In this document: positions 38,401 through 54,253 of the stretch, one piece after another
How the letters are laid out: every line of letters starts with the position of its first letter
Numbering within the stretch: the first letter of the stretch is position 1
Origin: Macrostomum lignano
Taxonomy: Eukaryota
DNA: 64,000 bases
Assembly: GCA_002269645.1 (NCBI GenBank)
Contig: NIVC01003201.1
Coordinates: 11,226-75,225 of the forward strand
Reading direction: 5' to 3'
Program-made: the position numbers and the translations under genes
The notes under the pieces: model-generated
Databases searched by the model: none
Told to the model about the DNA's origin: nothing
Seen by the model: the letters and a program-made list of their open reading frames with translations, nothing else

Positions 38401-39850
38401 CAGCCGTATTCGACTGTCCCTAACTTCCCGCTCCGTCGCCACAGTGATGATGATGGGGTGGTGATCGGAGCTGAGGCCGCGGTGACTTCCCATTGACAGC
38501 GTACCCCCAGGTTTGAAGCCGCCAGGGATACGTCTGGGACGCTGTCGTTGCCGGTCCTCCAGTCCGTACGCGTGGCCGCGCCGTCGTTTAGGATCTGATA
38601 GTCGAACTCGGCAATCCAGTCCAGCAGCTCCCTTGAGTCTCTACGGTCCAAGGCGCTCTGGTCTGGGGTGGCTCCCCATTCCTCCGCATGCAGGTTGAAA
38701 TCTCCAAGGACAATCTCGCGGCTGTCGGGACGCATCCAACTCCAGACCTCTTCGCTCTCTCTTGCATCCTCTCCTTCCACGCTTCTGACTGGAGGGCGGT
38801 ATACATTGGTGACTACGACACGCTCTTTCTTGTTGAGATCGATAACCGTTCTCATGCCTTCCGTGACGCCTCCCTTCCACGCCAGCAGACGTTTGAACGG
38901 GATGTTGTGCTTGACAAGCGTGATGAGGCCTCCTCCCTTAGCTCTTTCACTCCGCCTGATTTCTAGACGGTCTTTTCGCAGGGTGGTATAGCCTCTAAAG
39001 CGTGGAGTCTCGCTATTTTCACAGAGCTTAGATTCTTGAATAACAGCCACGTCGATATCGTGGGCCTCCAGGAAGCCCTCCAGCTCGGCTCTCTTGGTGT
39101 TAATTCCATCAGCATTCCACTGCAATATTCGCAGGAACCTCCTGGGTTCTTTTTTCCATCCTTTACTCGCTCCACAGGTAGAACTCGGTTCTTCTGTCGC
39201 TGCTTTCTCCTCCGCCATCCTGACCAGGCGGTTTAGACAGTGCATACAGGTCCAGAGGCCTCTCCTCACTTCGCCATCCAAACAGGCTCTGCTAGCACGA
39301 GTGCACTTGTTGTGGAAGAGGCCCATGCACTCTTTGCAGCGCGCAATAACCTTCGTCACTTTGAGTTTGCTCTTGCAGCCCGGTGCTGCACACCTCTCAC
39401 CGTTTTTGATTTCCTCCGCCGCTGCTTCCCACCGCTTACGGTCTTCGTCGGCGTCTTCCTTCTCCCATTCTCTGTCCAGGGTGCAATGGGGGCAGCGCCA
39501 CTCTCTATTTGCTTCTCTGACTTTCTTTTGGATGCCACGGGTGAGCCCTGTGCACGATCCATGGAACACTCGATCGCACTCCGTGCAGTTGGTGGGGGTT
39601 TGCCCCGAAGTGAGCACCTTGCCACATTTGGCGCAGGGGCCTGGATTTCTCTCTACGTCACTAGCCACTGGGATGACTTCACTCGCTCGCCAGCCCGTTC
39701 TGAGCTCCGGTTCTTCCGCTTTCATCCTGTTGTAATAACTTCTTTCTATCCCCAGGTTTTCCGAGTTGACCCAGCTGTTCGTTTGTCCGGAGTGGTCTCC
39801 GGCTCCCGTCCGCCGAGTATCCCTATGTTTAGGTCGGGTCATAGGACGGG
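35412..39850 (-). mobile_element. Near full-length Ingi/I-group non-LTR retrotransposon (2A-like peptide, 2xPHD, APE, RT, RNase H, CCHC) with two frameshifts
   Basis: APE: LQWNADGI, IQESKL, VYRPP, GDFNLH, SDHHPI. RT: PQGAVSSP, FADD, KYLGV. RNase H: FTDGS, AEEVAL, TDSKS, WIPSHIGIQGNEEAD. C-terminal CSFC...H...C. DVERNPGP at 39659-39636. Flanked by (TGT)n at 35394-35411 and 39851-39866. Confidence 0.92.
35438..39842 (-). pseudogene. Single polyprotein ORF of the Ingi-like element, interrupted near 38480 and 38325
   Basis: ORF-track pieces 39899-38295, 38493-38209 and 38287-35438 join into one continuous APE-RT-RNase H protein with two apparent 1-nt losses. Confidence 0.8.
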
Positions 39851-42157
39851 TGTTGTTGTTGTTGTTTGTAAACAAACCATAACAATTAGGTAGAAGCAAA
39901 CGGTAGAGTACATTTGCGTGCTATTCTAAAAACAAAACAAAGGGTCAGTAGTTCCATAGTTCCATAGATGTAGTTCCATAGAAACGTTCTCTCGAATTGA
40001 GACTTCACCATTCTCCCCAACACGTCTAACGCAGACTTTAGAGGAGCTCGTTTCCACACTAGAGTGAACAAGTCTCACCTTCTCCTGAAATTTAGTCTAT
40101 GGCTCAACTCTCTACCTATTAGCGCATCGGAAACAGACTTGACCATAGACAGTATCTGCTCAACTCCAACATCCAGCCTATCTATCTCTGACATTGAGCC
40201 TGAAAATTTCTACACTGTTGCCAGGAATTTTCTTTATCCAGCTGATTTATAAGAAAATCGAGTGTGGCGGTCAATTCTAATGTACTTCAGATGTCCGTGA
40301 TGTGTGCACACTCGATTTGATCTTTGAGAGAAAAGCTTGTCTGTTCCATGCTACAATTGCTACAAAAAAAAGCAATTTCATTAAAGCAGTATTCTTTTTT
40401 AAACAATTTCTGAGTGTCAGTGATTAGCGCAACTCACTACTTGTAGTAGGAAAATGAATGGAGAAAAACAGACAGAAGTGAATATATTTTTAACCCAGCC
40501 GATTTTCCTGTAATATTCTTTTGAAAGCTATTTTTACTTTGCTTGTGACAGGGCATGGCAAGGAAAGAACTGACGATTTGAAAAGAAGTGCATGCCCGAA
40601 ATTTTGGGCCCACCGCATGCATGTCCCACGGGGTAACGCGGCACCGCAAAAACTCTCTTTTTCTTTGCAAGTCCTTCCGACTACTAGCGGCTCATGAGCA
40701 GAGCTTTTTGTTTGCTTTTTTTAACCGACTTTTTTATTGAGAATCTTCTTTAGAGTTTGATTCAAGTTTTTATTGGTTATTCTAACACTCTATGGATACT
40801 TTTTCAAGTCAGGAAAACCGAAGGCATTCGAAACCCTTCAGCGTGAATGTTGCTGTTTGATGTTAAAAGCAGCCTGATTTCCTGCCTTAGGTGCAGTGGA
40901 GTAGAATTTCATTCATTTGCACGTCACCCAGCTGTCAACCCGTTCCAACAATTCATGCAGGAATTTCGTTCGAGCAGAGTTTTCAATTTTTTTCAGCTAA
41001 TTTTTAGAGCTTGAGATTCGATCTTGACCAGGAGGAACTGCGGTGGCGAATCAATCAACACAGAAGCTGGCATGTCCTGACCGCTCTAAATGGCTGTCTG
41101 CCCCATCACTCTGTTCTCAATAAAGCCAGCTCAAACTGAGCCGTGTCAAAGTGACCTCGCTTGGCTGAGCGCCCGGGCCCACCTCCTACTGCTTGTGAAG
41201 AAATGCCCCCCCCCAACCTCCAAAAAACAACCCCCATCCCCCCGGCGACTTCCCCGCTGATTCTGTCGCGCTTCCTTCTTCGTCTTCTTCATTCTATTCT
41301 TTACTTACATGACGGCGGCGGTGGCAGCGGTGACGGCGGCAGCAGCAGCTCTCTGGGGGGGGGTCGCCCAGGCGCGTCGCAGGGACGGCTCAGACCTACC
41401 GAGGCGCCGGAAGTGGCGCTTTTCATGCGCGCACAGAGGCCGGCGAGGTCGGCGGGGTCCCTCCCGGTGAGCCGTCGCCTCTGGGGTGGGGCGCTTGTCA
41501 GTGGCTGGCAGTCTGGCTGTGTGTGCGTGTGTGTGTGTCACTGCCGCCCCCACACCAGCTTGAAGACTGCAGGTGCCCCAAAGAAAGAGGAGAGACAGAT
41601 TTCAGAGCTGTGTGCGCAGGGTGCGCCTTGGTGCTAGCAGTTGTAGGAGCAAACAGGGCCAGCTGCCGCGTGATGCAGCTGGGGGGGGGGGGTACAGAGG
41701 GAAATTGCAGGGGAAGTCGACCTCGCCCGACTGGCAAGGAAGAATAAAGAGGCAAGCTTGAAAGAGTCCTGGGGGTTGAGCATTGTGCCCGTGTCGAGAC
41801 CCCTGTCGCCCCTCGCTGCGCTGGAAAATGTTGAAGTAACCGACGAGATTTTCAACAGCGCAACTTTACCGTGCATGTCGTTTTTGGGGGTAAAGAGGGA
41901 GAGCAGGCGCGGGCCAGAGATAGAAGCACTTCCATTGGACAGCCGTGTCATGCACTGAGTCCGCAGTTCGCGTCCATTCAGCTTGGCTGTAAGAATTTTC
42001 TCACTAGCTACCCATATAGTTTGACTTCTCTTCCATCAATTTCATCCATTATTCTGATTCTCGGTCAAATCTGCTAGTATATAAACTGGCTGGGAACTTG
42101 GTTTGACTTCAGTCCTCCTGCCAGGCCACTCAGTCACTTTCCTCCCAGCTGTTTGGC

Positions 42158-45935
<3,778 letters not shown>

Positions 45936-46389
45936 ATTAAAGAAAGCTCAGTCGCGTAAGTTTTATAGCTTGATTGACTCGATGTTTTACTTCACCAATA
46001 AACAAAGCTTCAGAATAGTCTATGTTTTCATTCGATTGAAAAGCCCATGCAAAAATCTATATTTTGCCAATCAATCTAAACAGTTTTTTATTTATTTCTA
46101 CTGATTGAATCCTGTCCGTTAACTAATAGAAATTCTTTGTTACATTTAGTTTTACTTTTTACCTTGTTGGTTCATGTGGCTTTGTAAATTTTTCTCATTG
46201 CAATATTAGGGCATCTTATGATGACGTTCGTAACTTATAGAACAGTTTTGACTCATAACTCCAACTCATCCTGCAAAAAAATCGATCATTGGATAAAGAC
46301 TTTCTGCGATTTTTCATTAGATGCTATGCACTCTTGGACTCGTAGTTTGCTTGCGTTCAGCCCACTTCTAATAGTCTGTAACAGTTCAT

Positions 46390-47230
46390 AAAACTGCAGT
46401 AGTTTGTGTATCAAAACTGCAGTAGTTTGTGCATCAAAACTGCAGTAGTTTGTGCATCAAAACTGCAGTAGTTTGTGCATCAAAACTGCAGTAGTTTGTG
46501 CATCAAAACTGCAGTAGTTTGTGCATCAAAATAGCAGTAGTTTGTGCATCAAAACTGCAGTAGTTTGTGCATCAAAACTGCAGTAGTTTGTGCATCAAAA
46601 TAGCAGTAGTTTGTGCATCAAAACTGCAGTAGTTTGTGTATCAAAACTGCAGTAGTTTATGCATCAAAACTGCAGTAGTTTGTGCATGAAAACTGCAGTA
46701 GTTTGTGTATCAAAACTGCAGTAGTTTGTGCATCAAAACTGCAGTAGTTTGTGCATCAAAACTGCAGCAGTTTATGTATCAAAACTGCAGTAGTTTGTGC
46801 ATCAAAACTGCAGTAGTTTGTGCATCAAAATAGCAGTAGTTTGTGCATCAAAACTGCAGTAGTTTGTGCATCAAAACTGCAGTAGTTTGTGTATCAAAAC
46901 TGCAGTAGTTTGTGCATCAAAACTGCAGTAGTTTGTGCATCAAAACTGCAGCAGTTTATGTATCAAAACTGCAGTAGTTTGTGCATCAAAACTGCAGTAG
47001 TTTGTGCATCAAAATAGCAGTAGTTTGTGCATCAAAACTGCAGTAGTTTGTGTATCAAAATAGCAGTAGTTTGTGTATCAAAACTGCAGCAGTTTATGTA
47101 TCAAAACTGCAGTAGTTTGTGCATGAAAACTGCAGTAGTTTGTGTATCAAAACTGCAGTAGTTTGTGTATCAAAACTGCAGTAGTTTATGCATCAAAACT
47201 GCAGTGGTTTGTGCATCAAAACTGCAGTTA
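46390..47230. repeat. 23-bp minisatellite (CAAAACTGCAGTAGTTTGTGCAT)n
   Basis: More than 30 direct units, each with an internal AAACT/AGTTT inverted repeat. Confidence 0.96.
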
Positions 47231-47872
47231 GCTAAAATCTTACTAAACCAAAACCCAAAAGAAGTTACGCTTGAGGTTTCATACTTCCACAAAATAATAC
47301 TCATGGAAAAAATTCATATAGATGTTTCTGCCTATTCTATATTGTTAAGAACCTCTCTGCTTTCGTTGCTCAAAAAAATAATATTTTCGATTATTAAATC
47401 AACTGGAGAACTCATCCAGCTTGTACATGAGTTTCTATTTTGTTTAAACTTGAACGTTTGGATTAGAAATTTTCGAAATTTTTAAATAATAAGACCAATG
47501 TTTAGTCAACACTGGCTGTTACGTATAAAATAGAGCTTCATATTTTGAAGTGCAGTTTAATTTCTTTCTGAATATTTTTTCTCATTTGCTAATGTTGTGC
47601 CTATTTTATATTTTCGTTAAAAAATTATAAAACGCTTCAACATATGCACAGTTATCAAATTTTATCTGATCAGAAACTGGATTTTAATGAGTTGCAATGT
47701 TTTTTTACATTTTTATTGGCAAGAATCTGGTTTATTTCACATATTTTTAAGGTAGGTATTTGCAGTTAATAGAATTTCAAAGAAAATACACTTGATTTCA
47801 TCATGTCTCGATAGGGTGAAAGAGTGAACGCTAGTGAGCGAGTGAATTCATTTAATGAGTTCAAAAGTTGAT

Positions 47873-48755
47873 GAGTTCACGAGTTCACGAGTTCTTGAGT
47901 TCACGAGTTCACGAGTTCACGAGTTCACGACTTCACGAGTTCTTGAGTTCATGAGTTTGTGAGTTCATGAGTTTGTGAGTTCATGAGTTCACGAGTTCAC
48001 GAGTTCACGAGTTCACGAGTTCACGAGTTCACGACTTCACGAGTTCACGAGTTCACGAGTTCACGAGTTCACGAGTTCACGAGTTCACGAGTTCACGAGT
48101 TCACGAGTTCACGAGTTCACGAGTTCACGAGTTCACGAGTTCACGAGTTCATGAGTTCACGAGTTCACGAGTTCACGAGTTCACGAGTTCACGAGTTCAC
48201 GAGTTCACGAGTTCACGAGTTCACGAGTTCACGAGTTCACGAGTTCACGAGTTCACGAGTTCACGAGTTCACGAGTTCACGAGTTCACGAGTTCACGAGT
48301 TCACGAGTTCACGAGTTCACGAGTTCACGAGTTCACGAGTTCATGAGTTCACGAGTTCACGAGTTCACGAGTTCACGAGTTCACGAGTTCACGAGTTCAC
48401 GAGTTCACGAGTTCACGAGTTCACGAGTTCACGAGTTCACGAGTTCACGAGTTCACGAGTTCATGAGTTCACGAGTTCACGAGTTCACGAGTTCACGAGT
48501 TCACGAGTTCACGAGTTCACGAGTTCACGAGTTCACGAGTTCACGAGTTCACGAGTTCACGAGTTCACGAGTTCATGAGTTCATGAGTTCATGAGTTCAT
48601 GAGTTCATGAGTTCACGAGTTCACGAGTTCACGAGTTCACGAGTTCACGAGTTCACGAGTTCACGAGTTCACGAGTTCATGAGTTCATGAGTTCATGAGT
48701 TCATGAGTTCATGAGTTTGTGAGTTTGTGAGTTCATGAGTTTATGAGTTCTTGAG
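47873..48755. repeat. 8-bp satellite (GAGTTCAC/GAGTTCAT)n
   Basis: About 100 direct units; explains the SSRVHEFT ORF. Confidence 0.97.
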
Positions 48756-49065
48756 TTCGTAAGCTTATGAGTAAGATAATGAGCTTGAGTCTATAGTTGA
48801 TTATTGCATGAGTTAATAATGACTATATGACTCCATGAGGGAGTGAGTCAGGGCGGGTAAGTGGATCAGGGGTGGGTGAGTGGGTGAGTAAGCCGGATTT
48901 TCCCAGGAGGTAGAGAAGCGTTGAATGTGACCAAGTCAGAAATAGCAGCCACAGAAGCAGCAGTTTATTGCAATGGGATTTCTAAAACGCTAAGAAAGAC
49001 GCTATACATTAAAATCATATAGTGACAATGAATGTTTGATTTAGTATATGTTCGAATCGCGCATC

Positions 49066-52000
49066 TCATTTTCCATTTTTAGATTTTGTGCCCTTCTGCT
49101 TTTTCTCTTTCTTCTGCTTCTTCTCTTTCTGCTTCTTCTTCTTGCCCTCTTTCGCGCCGCTCTCCGCCGCCTCAGTTGGAGAACGCAGGCGCTGAAGCTT
49201 CTCAGCCAGGGCAGCGGCTAGCTCCGCCTCCGCTTCGGCCTCCTCCTGCTCGGACTCGTGTATGAGCTCCGTGATGAGGGCTCGCCTGTCCACCACTGAC
49301 TTCAATTCGGCCAGCAGCTGCTTTTCGTTCAGCCTGTCCTGGTCGTTTCGCTGCTGGTCTGAAAGGGGTGGCAGACCATTTTCAGACTCTTGCGAGCCCC
49401 GAAGCAACAGGCTCTGTACATGCTTGACAACGAGAAAGTCGAGGCAGCTGTACAACAACCGACTTGTTTAGGTGCTATTAAATTAACACGTGACACGCGG
49501 CGTTTGTCAAAGCATTGAATTGGCAAGAAGCAAAAATTAGCAGTACTTTTAAAAGAAAATTTCTCACCTGACTTGGACAGGGCGATGCGCAGGTCAAATT
49601 CGATTACCGAGTGCCGCAGCTCGAGTTCCCGCTCCTCAGAGCTGAGGGAGGTCGCCGGGGGATCGTGAAGAGAAATGCGAAAAGACAAAGAAAACATTAC
49701 TTTACATGACTAGATGTTATAATACACCTCAAAGTTTACGATACAGCAACTGGATCAACTGCAGGTTGAAGCGGGTTTTTCTGATCTGTTTTGCACTTGG
49801 AATAACTGCTGCATATTGCACTTTCTAATGTGAAGTAGAAAGCATGAAACAGAGAGCTACGCACCGTCGCAGCAAGTACATTTCCTTGCGGCAGAGCTGG
49901 TTGCGCTCATTGACTAGGCTGATCCAATCGGCAAGAAGTCGCTTCTCCTCGGCGGGGTTCTGCGTCTCGGCTAAAAAAAGGCGGGAAAATTTCGACTAAA
50001 AATGAAACAGTATGAGTCAGAACACCAGATGAAACTCACCTGTCTTAAGCAGCTCATACAGATCTCTGCCTCGCTGCTCAACTTCCACCTGGAGTCGATT
50101 GATGCCGGCTAGTTCCCGTTCGATGTCTTCGTAGGCTTCGAACTCGTCCGGAGCCTCGGTGCGGATCACTCGGCGACCCTCTGGGCTCGCGTCGGGGCCA
50201 ACCGTCTCAGCGTCGCTCAGAACAGGCGGTGGAGTCGGTGGAGGAGTTGACGGACGCTGGCGAGCCTGAATTCGCAGTGAAGGACCAACTGGTGCGCCAG
50301 GCTGAGCCTGTTTCTTTGAGAACAATGGCGATGGTGACTCCACGTGATCTACTGAATGTTTTGCCTGAGGCTGCTTCGTTTGCCTGAGCTGCGATGGAGG
50401 CTCGGATTCAGTTTTGGATGAGGCTTGGGACTGCGATGACGATTTAAGCTGATGCTGGGACAGAAGCTGTATCGGAGGTCCTGGAGTATCCTGTCTTTGC
50501 GTCAAATTTATTGGAGTAAATTTTTGCGATGGTTGAATCAACCGCTCTCCATGAAAACTTTCCTGTCCATGCTTGTCGGTTTTTCTCAAGCCTAAATGCT
50601 GTGAAAGAGGCTGGGACTGAGAACTGGATGGCGTTGACAGGCCTTGGCTCTCAGTCTTTACCGTTTGAATAGTCTGCGACCTCGGCTGCAACTGTTCTAG
50701 CGATTTCGGCTGTAATGGTTTGTCCGCTTTTGTAGCTTTGAAGCACGAAGGCTGTATATCGACGCTTTTTGAGTACAGTTGTGATTTAGAGTCAGGCTTG
50801 AGATGTGATTGTTGCTGCTCTGCGTTCAGTCCGCTGGTTGGTAATTTTTGAGTCAACAAGTGAGATGAGGGAGCTGTGTGGGGCCTTGAGTAATTGCTCG
50901 CTGTCTGTGTTTTTTGACCCAACGACTGCGACGGTGTTTGTTTTGATGAGCATGAAGTTTTCGTAAGGAAATGCGACTGCGGCCTATGCTTTCCTGCATC
51001 TGCGGACGGCTGGCTTGAAGATTGCAACGGTTGCGGCTTTAACCAAGAAGACTGTGCTGATGGTTGTGACGAAGGCTGTGGCTTCTCTAGGGGCGGGACT
51101 TTTGATTCTATGGGGTTCGAAGCAGACACGGACGTTGAAGATAAAGGTGTTGGCTTCAGAATTTCCATCGCTGATGGACCCGACGGCTTTGAGTGCGCCG
51201 ACTGGCGAATTGGCTCAGGTGCGAACTTGGACTGCGGTGGTGGAACTAACCGGATGTTCGGATTTGCTACCTTCTCCTGCTCATCCGCCAGCTGTCGATC
51301 ACGCGGCGACAAAGGTGGTGATTCTGGAAGCGTGTGCAGAGCTGGCGGCAGAGGCGACACCGAGCGAGGCGGTGATAGAGCAGACGTCTTAGCAACTGGA
51401 CTTGTAAGCGTCTGTAACATTGGTGGCGGCTTCGGCGACACCAAAACTGGAGGCGGAAGCACTGGAGCTGCCGTCTTTGCCGGAGGCTCCTCTGTTCCGG
51501 TTGACTCCTCTTCCAGTTTCCTGCGTCTGTAGGCCACCGAAGCCCGGTGCAATGATTGCCGGCGGTCTTCCAAGTGGCACTGTCGGTGATATAGTTTTCC
51601 GGCTTCGATATGGCGCTCTAGGAAGAAGACCGGATCGCCGCACTGAGCACAAACGGCGGCTGGTCGCTGGGGTGAACGTCGTGAAGAATTGCCACGGGTT
51701 GATGAAGGGGATGCTGCCGGCCTCGTTTTTACTGGCATTGTAGCTGCGGCTGTTACCTCTGTAGGTACTTTTAGCGGTGTCGCTGCCGGTGACTTCTTGA
51801 TCGGCGCTATCACTTGAGCTTCTGTTGGTGGCTTTGCGGGTGCTGCTGGTGATACAACTGCCGCTGCGGCTGGCTGGCCGTTTGCAAATAAACTCACATC
51901 AGGACCACCGGCTGAGGGCAAAACGAACGTTGGAGAATTATAATTTGCATGCAGTCTTCATATTTTTTGATACTTACTCCTCTTTGGGATTGGAGTTCTT

Positions 52001-52333
52001 ACCTTTCTCCTTTCCCTGCAGGTTGAGATTATAGTAGGTGACATAGGTAATGATGCTAAGCTTCTCCGGCACCTCCATGTCTTCCGCGTCAAGCAACGCC
52101 GGGATGCCCAGAGTCTCAGCTGTCTCAAACGCTAGCCGGTTGTTCTCCAGCCAATCGGCCGGCTGGAGGCTGTGAAAGTTGACCAAGTCCGGCCGGTAGC
52201 GGTGCAGAATGGCGCAGAAGGCCAGGCCATCCTTGAAGCTGCTGGTGAAGTTCCTAACGCGGACGTTGGCGTAGCCGTCGGTCTGTTGCTGGCACCAGCG
52301 CAGCAGAGCCTGGATCTTGTCGGCGTAGGACAT
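49066..52333 (-). CDS. MICALL: MICAL-like protein (CH, partial LIM, Pro/Ser-rich region, bMERB coiled coil), 891 aa
   Basis: Exons (-): 52333-52003, 51911-50040, 49970-49865, 49641-49568, 49358-49066; phases concordant. CH domain LLRWCQ...[23 protein letters not shown]; CAQC...ER...GKLYHRQC; b[26 protein letters not shown] and [15 protein letters not shown]; no monooxygenase domain. Confidence 0.88.
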
Positions 52334-53864
52334 TGCAACACTGTGGCGACGATGGCTGCTGAAATCAGCTGATTCGGTAAAGAGATTCGGTAAAGTAGCG
52401 TCTCAGTTTCCGAATTCTGGACTTGTCTTGCAGTTAATATTTCAAAGAAGCGAACCCAACAGAAACTTTTTAGCTTAAAGAGATCAAGTTGCAGAAACTG
52501 GCTTAGAGGAGACCTCCTTTCGTTTTCACAGCTCTCTTTCTGCCGTTTCTGGGATTTATTGCTTAATTTACTGCGATAAACTGGTACTCCACTGGTACTG
52601 TAATACTCTAAAGGTTGAGCAAACAGGTAGGTTTATTTCCAGAAAAATTATGCACTTACGAATTCCAGACAAGCTAGATGCCAGAATATTCAATTGGAAA
52701 CACTTTTAGTGCAGTGTCTGTTTCTCTTGCAATCATTTAGTAAGTAAGAACTAAGATTTGCAGATTGCAGTTGCGTAGTTGTTGTAAAATCTTTTCAATC
52801 TTTAAAGAAATTTTGGAAAGAGCAGAGTTGTACAGTTTTGTTTCAACCGACGTCAGCTGAGCCAAGCAAGCTGTGCGCAGAAGAGAGAGAGAGTAAAAGC
52901 GTGCAATGCACTGCAGTTTATTAGCAAGACTGTTCAAGCCAGATCAGGCATGTGGTACACAGTACAGTCTGAATAGAATAATACAGAAGCAGCTCTAAAG
53001 GTACTTAATGTAGGGCCGGGTTTGAGGTTCACTGCACATTCCAACTCTGCCTATGACGATGTGGCCCGCCGCAAGTTTCTCCGTCCACTTATGGCTTCGG
53101 TAACCATATTTGTGGATGGCGTATGATTAATTTATAGGGTTGGTAGAGCCAGAAACTCGAAGTCTTTCCGTCTCGCCCACGTGCAAACAGCTCGTGCAAC
53201 GTGTGCAATATTTCGTGCGCCGATAAAAGATAAGAAATAATTACAACGAACTACCTATCTGAACGCTAGCAATCCAAGTTCAAAAGACTCTGCTGAGTTG
53301 AATATTAATTCATAGTACATTTTACCAAGCTTTTCCTGCTTAAGTCCCACGCGCGGGTCTTCTCTGGCATTGCTAGAGTAGTTGTACTTACAGTGGCTTA
53401 GTCAGGATTTTCATAGAGATGATCACACATGTATTTGACTTGGGGCGTCTCTTAGGGCGTCAAAAGTGTTGACAAAGTACGCTTTTAAATTGGGGAGAGT
53501 ACAGACAATACTCGCATTGTTGACTGCGTGCGGGATCATGAAACCATGTCCGCTACCCCTTGCATTGTTCCTGGGTAGTGGAACAATACGTTTGGAATTC
53601 AAGGTTTATTTTTCAAAAACTAGCAATCTAGTGCCCCCCTTTGGGGCGCCCAATAAGCAAGGAGCAAAAAACATTATGCAAATCCATTAAAAAAACATTT
53701 TCTTAAGAATCAATTCCTTCTCCAGTTTTATAAATCACTTGACAGTAAAATTGTCATTGACAAAGACGTTTGTGTGAATCTCTTCTTTCTAAAAGTAACA
53801 AAAGGACACCACAAAATAAAGCCTTCACTAAGATAGCAGGCATTCCCCCTAATTAGAAAGCATC

Positions 53865-54052
53865 CCCCAGATACCCCAGATAACAAGCACCCCCCAGATA
53901 GCAAGCACCCCCCCCCCCCAGATAGCAAGCACCCCCCCCCCCCAGATAGCAAGCACCCCCCCCCCCCAGATAGCAAGCACCCCCAGATAGCAAGCATCCC
54001 CCAAACAGCAAGCATCCTTCGATAGCAAGCATCCTTCGATAGCAAGCATCCG
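53865..54052. repeat. 18-20-bp minisatellite (CCCCCAGATAGCAAGCAC)n
   Basis: Direct units with variable C runs. Confidence 0.88.
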
Positions 54053-54253
54053 TAAATAGAAAGCATGTGTACACAATGTAGATCTTGAATTGAAAGTCTG
54101 AGAAGCTAAGACAATACCCAATCTTATTGTTTACACCAGAATTAATTTATTTTCTTCGAAAAATCTAATCTAGTTAGTCAAAATCTATCAATTTATTTTG
54201 CCCATAGTAAGAGTTAAGTAAGCGTTCAGAGCACAGCTGGTCAGTAAACAATA

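Noticed and set aside
41161-41951. GC-rich ORFs upstream of BAMBI
   Set aside because: Low-complexity, no domain; more likely promoter or 5' UTR sequence.
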